A stretch of DNA of 64,000 nucleotides from Thalia democratica (taxonomy: Eukaryota): positions 15,562,001 through 15,626,000 of the forward strand of contig OZ241826.1 in the NCBI GenBank assembly GCA_965202585.1, in the 5' to 3' direction. The notes under the pieces were generated by a model. That model saw only the letters and a list, made by a program, of their open reading frames with translations, did no database searches and was not told the origin of the DNA. Each line of letters starts with the position of its first letter. The first letter of the stretch is position 1. The position numbers and the translations under genes were made by a program. This document shows positions 52,101 through 61,100 of the stretch, in pieces.

Positions 52101-55100
52101 CCAGGTTTGTAAGTATTGGTGTCAACGTCCATACTTAATATTAGACATAATTAAATTTGTATAATTAAATAAATAAACAATTTACCAGGTTTATAGGTAT
52201 TTGTGTCAACATACATACTTTCAGCTTATTGGATAAGTTTATATTAATAAACAACATACCAGGTTTGTAAGTATTGGTGTCAACATCCATACTCTCGGCT
52301 GACTGGATCGTGTCAACTTCCATTTCTGTGTGGCTTGTGCTACCGCTTGAACTGGCTTCGTCTTTATTTAAAATTATTATACATAATAAATAACTGTATG
52401 AATCAACATAATCTCATTGTTATTACGAACTAGCACCAAAGTTTGTACAGCAACTAGTAACCATTAACTATCATGTTTTTAATTTCCAAGATATCAAATG
52501 ATCCAAAAAAAACTATAACACTTGGAAAAATACATTAGTTAAAAAAGTGATTTACCTCAATTTAAGTAGGTATACTCAAAACAATATACTACAGGCTTAT
52601 TACATTACTTAAAAGCAACCTGAATTTTAGTATGTGGGTAGTCAAAAAGTGGTGTTAATAAAAATAACACCTTGCTTAGTAGGGAAGATTACCTGAGTTT
52701 TAATCAGAAAGATAGTAACTGCAAGGTAACGCTTAAATATCTATCTTACTAACTAGTTTTAAGTAACATAAGTAACAAACCTGAATCTCAAGTGGGTACA
52801 AGTAGGTGCTTATATGAATATATCAACTAAAAACATAACAAATCTATGTTTTTAGAAGGAAGATGAAAATTACGAGGTGATTTTTATATATGTAATACCA
52901 CCTTGTATATATAATACTTAGTACAGTAGATTACCTGAATTCTTAGTAGGAAGGTGGTAACTACAAGGTATTAAATGTAATTAACACCAAACTAAATTCT
53001 TAGTAGGAAGGTGCACTCTTGCAATTTTGTACGCTCGTGCAAATTTGTACGCTCGTGCAAATTTGACAGCTACCCACTTATATAAGTGACATACTAACAA
53101 TTCAGCAAACAAACCTGAACTCTTAGTAGGAAGGTGGTAACTACAAGGTGGCGTCTTCTTCCTGCAAATGTCGACCTCGTGTTTCAGCCTGTCGATGAAC
53201 ACCTGCAATCCGTTGGCGTTCTGGAAGGACTGCCACTCTATGTTGGTGATGAGGTCGATCACCCGCACCGCCCTCGTCACAAACTGTTTAATGTTGTCTA
53301 GGTAAACAGGCTGCGTGCAATAAAAAATAAAAAAAAACTCGGTTGGTTTAAATAATTTTAAAACATCTAATTTAAGTAATAAGAGTTTAGTTCGTACCCT
53401 TTCGATTTTCAAAAATGTATACAGAACTTTTTTTTAATTATAAACGAACTTAATTAAAAACTAAGTATTTTTATAACTTATCGTTTTCTGTTCTTAACTA
53501 CAGATTTTAAGTTAATATGATAAAAAACTTAAAGATGTACAACTACATCAAGTGTGTTAGATGTATAACTACCAACAACACCAAAACTAACAGTGGTTTG
53601 CTCCTGCTGGTCGCCCATGTTAGTGACAACTGATAACAGTGGCACCATCATGCCGCTGTGCACCAGGGAAATGCCTCCTTGCTCGAAAGAGGACAGGTGG
53701 TAGAGGAAAGAGAAGAGAGCCGTGGCGAAGCTGTGCGGAAATTCCGCCGATCCGCCTTCTGTGTGAGTTATTTTGCGTAATTTTATTGTTACCATATCGT
53801 TTTAGATGTAAATTGAAGCGATACATGTTAAATTTATTAATTATTATTCTACTTTCTATGAACAATTTCTATTATAACCATATATAAGTTATGCAAAAGT
53901 AATTATGTTTTTAATTTTTTGGCGAAGCTGTGCGGGAATTCCGCCGATCCGCCTTCTGTTGTGAATATCATTTTATGCGAAAAAAAGTATGAGATTACAT
54001 TTACAGCTATTAATGCTTGAGTATTTTCTTACTACATTAACTTATTTCAATTTTGATTGAAAAGTTTTGCAGATTAATTTAGATCATTTAACGATCTGTT
54101 TTTTTTTTTTTGAATAAAACTAGGTGAAAATCCACTAATCCGCCTTCTGTTATTCAGAGTACTTTGTAAATTTATGTCGTGTGTAAGATAACGCTGGCAA
54201 TTAATTAGCAATCGAATTTTATTTAGCGGTTAATCCTTCTTGGTATGTTAAGGGTCCGACCGGATCAAAAATCAACAAAGTTCGATCAGAATTCTACAAC
54301 ACATAAATACTGTGCACTTCTAAAACAGGACATTCTTATTCAAGTTATTTTCAATGTTTGAACTAGTGCTGTTTAATTTTTTAAGTGGGCTAATAACCAT
54401 GTTTAAAACAACAATCGTACTTACGTTTATCTGATTTGGTCATGTTTTCAATGCATCTCCTCACTAAGACAGGCAGGAATCCGTGATACTGGGACATACC
54501 TGTGAAAAAATTTATATTAAAAAAATAAGGAAAAAAAAAGTCAAAAAGGTATAGTTAATCAACCACATTGAGCCACATGACACAACATGGTAGATACCTA
54601 TTTATACTAGATTTTTATTATAACTATATAACTAATACTGTCATATTATTTACCAGGCACTGAAACATACCAGTTAAAAATAAAGATTTAAATAGCTAAT
54701 AAAAAAATAATGAGCTACATGGTAGAAACCATGAGACATACCCGCCATTAACTCATATTATTAATAACAATATAGATTAAAATATTACATTACTTCCAAC
54801 ATACCTGTCACGTCTATAATTGAAGACAGCCTCGAAGGTCTATCTCTGTTGTCCAAGTGGACTATGGATGTGAGGGTCCTTAAAGCGGCAGCTTTAATGT
54901 CCTGTTTATATTAATTTTAATTTTAAATATAAATTATTTTTAGAGTCCTTTACTTTAATTTTAGCACTAAGACATTGATCAACTATGGGTTTTTTTTGTT
55001 ATTCTAATTTATCAATTTAATTTAAACACCTTTACGAGCCAAAAAATTTTAAAAGGCTTACTTATGTGTTATTTTTGATAAATTATATAAGTGTTTTTAA

Positions 55101-58100
55101 ATGTTTTTATTTGAAACAAAATACTAACGATGAGACTGTTGTCTTTTGCTTGCAACAGATCAACTAATTCTTCTGTGAATCCGTTATAAAGTATGCTTCC
55201 CACATTGTTCATATTTGAAGTGTACACCAATACACTTATTGCATGAAGCCTCGCTTGCACGCATTTTAATCTGTTTATTTAATTTATATTTAATTTTTTT
55301 TTTTTAATTTTAAATATTTATTTGAAGTTAAACACTAATGGCATGTTTCAAACCTAGTTTCGTGAAGAGCAACAAATATTAGTAGTTATACGTGAATGAA
55401 ATTTAACGTTAACTCAAGTTTATACTATTTTTGTATTGGTTATAGAATCAAAATAAGACTTTAAAAAATTTATTTAAAAGTTTATTCAAAAGAAGTTAAA
55501 AGGTGTAAATAACTAAAAAAATTTTTTTTTTTTTTAAAACCTAGTTTCGTGCTTGGCGAAGTTGTATGCGAGCCTGAGCCTGGTAAAAAGCAGCATTTTC
55601 GATTCCTCGGGCATCGTTGTGTATTTGTTGATCAACATTTCCATTATCTTCGATGGACTGTCGTTTAACTGTTAAGAAAAATTTAATAGTTAATCGATTA
55701 TTATTTGGTCACAGTTCATTTCTAACTTATATTGGTACCTGTTCTAATTTGGATTTAAAATATGATAAAGTTCTATATCTAATTTAGCTTTCAATTTGTT
55801 GCTGCTTAGTCTAATTTATAATTAAGCTGAACTTAGTTTTTTTATTTGAGCTGTTAAGCTTAATTTATAAAAATTATTTAACAAAACTCACTTCATGTAC
55901 ATTGGTCAAGTTAATGCAGGTGACGCCTGATTTTGTTTTTTCTGAAGGAATTTCGTGCTGTAGGGTGGTTGCACTGGGTGGGAAACTCTTAAAAGATAGA
56001 ACAAAACTCTTGAAAAGAAGGTAAGAAATAAATACTACTATGTCAGGATATGTATTGGTTTTCAATGGATTTATTTCAAAGTGTTAGATCATTTATCTAG
56101 TATATTAAACTTGCAGTAAGTTAAAAGTTTTTATCCATGTACAAATATATGGCTTGTAAAATGCTTTATACTAGTTATTTCTTTAACTACAATTAATTGA
56201 TTATTTATTGATAACAAACTTACAGATAAGGGCTATTTGGATAAACCAACCCAAATAATTAAATTTAAAAACTTATTATTTATTTTATTATAATAAACTA
56301 AAATATAATTGCTGGTTAAAACTAGATGCTATTCCAAATTATTAAACTTAAACTAATTATCTTCTATTAACAACAAACTTACAGATAAGGGCTGGTTTAA
56401 ACAAGACGTAGCCAGTCCGAATCCGTTTTCCTTACCTCCCCAACTCTGTATTTAAAACAATAAATTCAATTTATTTGTTAACTTATTATATTTCTTATTA
56501 TATTTGAAACTAATTGACATATAATACAAAACAAGCTCCTCGGAAGTTGTGTTATTTTTTTATTTATTCTGTTGAAATTTAATTCAATTTTTAATTTAAC
56601 TTTAAATGAAAATCTTAAGAAAAAGCTATGTTTAAATAAACCAGAACTATATTCTCTGCGTTAGAGTAGTCAAGTTGTTACGAATAATTTTATTTTTGTG
56701 CTTCGTTAAAATTAAATTCATTTTTTAATTTAATCTCAAACGTAAATACCGGAAATAAAAATTTAAATAAACCAGAATTGAGCTCTTCACGTCAGATAAG
56801 TGAAGTCGTTAATACAATTTTTTACTTCCTGAAATTAATAGTTATTCGTCTTAACTAAAAAAGATTGCTCAATTTACTGAAATGTAAAGAGCTTATTTAA
56901 ATAAAGATGTGCAATTTAAATATTTTATTTACTTTTTCTTAAATAAAATATTTAATTTTCACATTTTTATTTACCTCTTGAAATTTAAAATAATTAAAAA
57001 GCAGAAAGAGTACAAATAACTCAACTTACTTCGTTACAAAAAACAAAAAGCAACAAAAACTAATTAACCATGTGTACCTAAAATAAAAATTCACAAACAC
57101 ACTTTTGAACTGTACCCATTAATATTTGATGAGTTTTAAAACAATAGAGTAATTAAATTCATTATATCCAGTTTGAACTGAAAAACATTCTTTTTTGTAG
57201 TTTTTTAATTTGACTATGTTTAAATTTAGCAACATGCATGTGAATTTACGATATATTAAAATATACTACAAACTATCTGTAGTACGAAGAATAAATTACC
57301 CCCGAACTTGAATTAATTTATTTGAACTGAAAGGTTATTCCTTAGTTATTAATTTAAAGTTGTTTTACCAGATGTTTGAAATAACTTCAAATTAGTATAA
57401 AGTAAATTAAAACTGAAATTTGATATTTTCGTCATTCTTAATTTATGTTGCTCAAAACAGCTTAGACGCAAATTAACAAATTTGAACTGAAAAGAATGTT
57501 TTTAATTTGTCTTAATTTTGTGTTTAAACCTTTTTGCGATGTTGAAGTGAAATATTTGAAATGCCCAACTAAATTGCAAATAAGCAGCTGAAGTAGTTAA
57601 GCATGCAATTTATATCACCGCAATACCTGCAGGATAGGTAAAACTTTATATGTTGATTTACAAGTGTTAATTAATTTTTAAGGTAAACAAATTTTTTGTT
57701 CACCTTAAAACATGTGTGAATACCTTTCAGCTGTTACTTATTTTCGATAAAAATAAGCCTTTTTTAACACATCAGAGCTGGGTTAACTTTTATTATAATA
57801 TTTTTTTATTGCTTAGTTTTTTTTTTTTAATTTCTTTTATATATTTGTGTACAATTGTGTTTTTTATTTTATAAATTAACTTTAAATAAGCTTTAAGATA
57901 CCTTACAACTAACGTTTTAATGCTTTAAGCATAATGTGATCAAAATAAGTAGTATGTTTAATACTTTTAAAAGTTCAAGGTATTTTATCTTTCTTATGTG
58001 TGAAAAAATTTGTTGATATACATGTAGTGATTGATTGAAATTACTTAATTTAAATCAATCTGAAGATAAATTATCAATTAAACTCAGTTAAACCCAAATG

Positions 58101-61100
58101 TTTATGTTATAAACGTAATAATATTATTTAAAACCTGTTGATTTAATTTTTATTGTTTTCTCTGTGTTAACAATTTAATTACTTGACGTTCATCTAAACT
58201 GTATTCAAAAACAGGTTCATTAGCAGATTGTTGAACATTTTCTGCTAATTTAAGTGCTAATAATTTGCAACAAAAACACGAATGATTTGAGCATATTAAT
58301 CTCAGTGATATTTATAATGTGAGAATTTTTTTAACCTAATTACAGCTATTAATTTCAAACAAATTTTAATTGCAAATACTCGACTAACTTGTCTGTTTGT
58401 AATTATACTTTCTAATTATTTGTAATAAATCACAGGATACAGTTGCGTTATAGATTATCTTTTAAGAGTACTTACTGGATACTGCTTTTTCAATTTTCTT
58501 ACAACTTTGTGTAAACAATTTCTTGTTTTCATTGATGAGGTGTTTTGCACGTTTGTTTTGAACATTTCGAACTTTAGAATGTGTTTGAAACAAAAATACA
58601 GTTATCATAACTTTTATGCATAAATGTTGAAATACTAATTTAAAAGCTGTCAGCAACTTAAATTTAGTTGTTGCAAGATCTATTTATATACTGAACGTGG
58701 ACTTTTTGTTTGCAATTAAAACAGATTTAAACACACAACTCTATTTTAATTGTTAATTTAAGTTGTCACTTCAACAATTTATTTTGTTGTCATTTTTAAA
58801 TAGAATGTTTTGAATGTAAACATTGTGCTTACTTATTGTTTGTTTCCAAAACATTCACTTATTATTTGACATTGTGGTAAGAAGTGATAACTTTAATAAT
58901 TCATACCTGATATGTTGATGTTTAAATCTAATAGGTTTACAAAATGCTTGCATTAAAAACATATAAATATGTTTACCAAAAACTTAAGCGGCTTAAAAAG
59001 CATTTGATTGTTATTAGAAATTAAACACTTGAATGCTTTTAATATGTAATAAGCTTAATTTGTATAAAGGTATCACAAGATTTAAAAATTAAGCATAGGA
59101 GAAATAAAATAACATCGAGTTTTCAACATATTTATTTTCTCGAATTTTCATGTAAACTTTATTTTTGTTTACATAAGAAGATTTAGTTTAAGTCATTAAA
59201 ATTGGACTTTAAGATGATGAATAACTTGTTTATTTTAACGATTATAGCCATAGGGGTAAATATGTTTTGCATTTTTTATATTTATAACCTACTATCCGTC
59301 TTTTACCAACTTTTTAAAACCAAAGTTTTTTTTTTAAATACAAACTTTAAATTTTCAGAGTTTTATAGGTACTTTATGGAAGGCATCAAATAATAAGCCT
59401 AAAAATATTGTTTTACTTAAAACATATTTCCTATTATTAGTTCAAATAAAAAAACTTATTTCCCTACTAATGTCTACTTTCTCAAAAAATCACTAAACTT
59501 TAGCTTGTTTACATAAAGTCTAGTGTGCGTTTGTCAAAAAACCATTAAAACAACAACTGTTATACAAACTTAATATTTATTGTAATGATTATTTATACAG
59601 TGGTTTCAGTCAAACAGTCACTAGTCTCAGCACTGGGTTGATAATATATTGTACAAGGTTTTATTATTTCAAAAATTCACAACTCACTCAAGTTAAATAT
59701 TATTTAATTAAAAAACAACTACAGATCTCAAATTTTAGATTTGGAGACGAATATAAAACATTACAACTTCTCTTAATTTATTGTAAAAAATTAAAATACT
59801 CTTTACTTGTGCATACTGATCATTAGGGTCAAAGGGGAGGATATAAAACTTTTTTTCATTATTTACTATCTTTAATTTATATCTTGAAACACGATTCATT
59901 CGAAAACATTTTCATTGAGCAAACAAGTAAAATGTATTTCAGCTAACCCTTAACAACTAATTTTCTCAGATTAAAAATTAGTTTTTCAGAATGTAATTAA
60001 TATCAACATAACAAACCTCTCCCAACTAGGCTCTCCAGCAATAATCAGTAACTTATTTACTATATGTTATCTTATTCTGTACTAATTGATGCTGATATGA
60101 CTAAGATTTTTTAGATTAATGATTGTGGAGTTTTCAATATGATTAAAACAACATGATTTGATGCTATATAAACTATCAAACCAAATTTTAACTGTAATAA
60201 AAGTAATTGAAAGGGTGTTATTGATAGACTTTATTTAATTATTTTACACATCTAAGTTCTTACACATAGTTTTATGCTGTACAAATAAATCAAATCAAAT
60301 AATGCTTTAATAAATGTAACTGAAATGTTTAATTTTTTGTTATATCAACAAAACAAACCTCTCCTAGATGGGAGATAATATTTATACTAACAATTAAAGA
60401 AAGACCATAGGTTAGGGGGTATTTTTAATAAACTTTTTTTAATACAAATATCATCAAAAACAAACCTCTCCGAGGTAGGACAGCCTCTCCAGAAGGGGGT
60501 TCTTCTGCTTGTCGGCCAGCCTCGACAGGAAGTTGCTCCTCTTGCTGAAGACGTACAGAAGGTTCAAAACGCTCAGAATGATGTCGAGCTTGGTGGAGGA
60601 AAGCAGGGCGGTGAGGTGCTGAAAAAAAATTAGTTTGAAGGAAAGATATTGCTAAAAAATAACCTACAAAGAAACAAAACGAAATGCTGGTTTTAATGTT
60701 TTATAAATTAATTAAAATTAAGTTTAAATTAAAATTTATGTATTTAAAATTGTCAGTTGAAATAAGAAATATTGCTCTAAAAGAACACTTTGTGCGAAGA
60801 AACAAGGAATAAAATATTGGGTTTGAACAATTGTTTTAATGAACAATATAAAATATAGTATCACATATTTTTGTAATAAAAATAAACAAATGTTACCGTA
60901 AATGGAAAATTCTTATGGTTTTTTGTTTTGTATTGAATAAAAGTTTACTGCTTCAGCATGCACAATGCAACTTTTATTAAACATAAATTACCACCTACTC
61001 ACCATTGTATAAATTCAAAACAAAAATACACTAATCACATACCTTCAACAAACAGAAAAAAATTTACTTAAAACATAAGACTGTTGTTTTCAATAAACTT

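Noticed and set aside
12573-53887. Plus-strand ORFs in the track (12573, 12611, 16408, 17375, 22960, 30513, 30628, 31329, 31412, 39426, 39775, 44904, 53639)
   Set aside because: They are antisense shadows of GC-rich HUWE1 exons.
54580-54750. Possible acceptor echoes of exon 8 (GTATGT(T/C)TCA-like)
   Set aside because: They are too short and degenerate to report individually and are counted only as weak.
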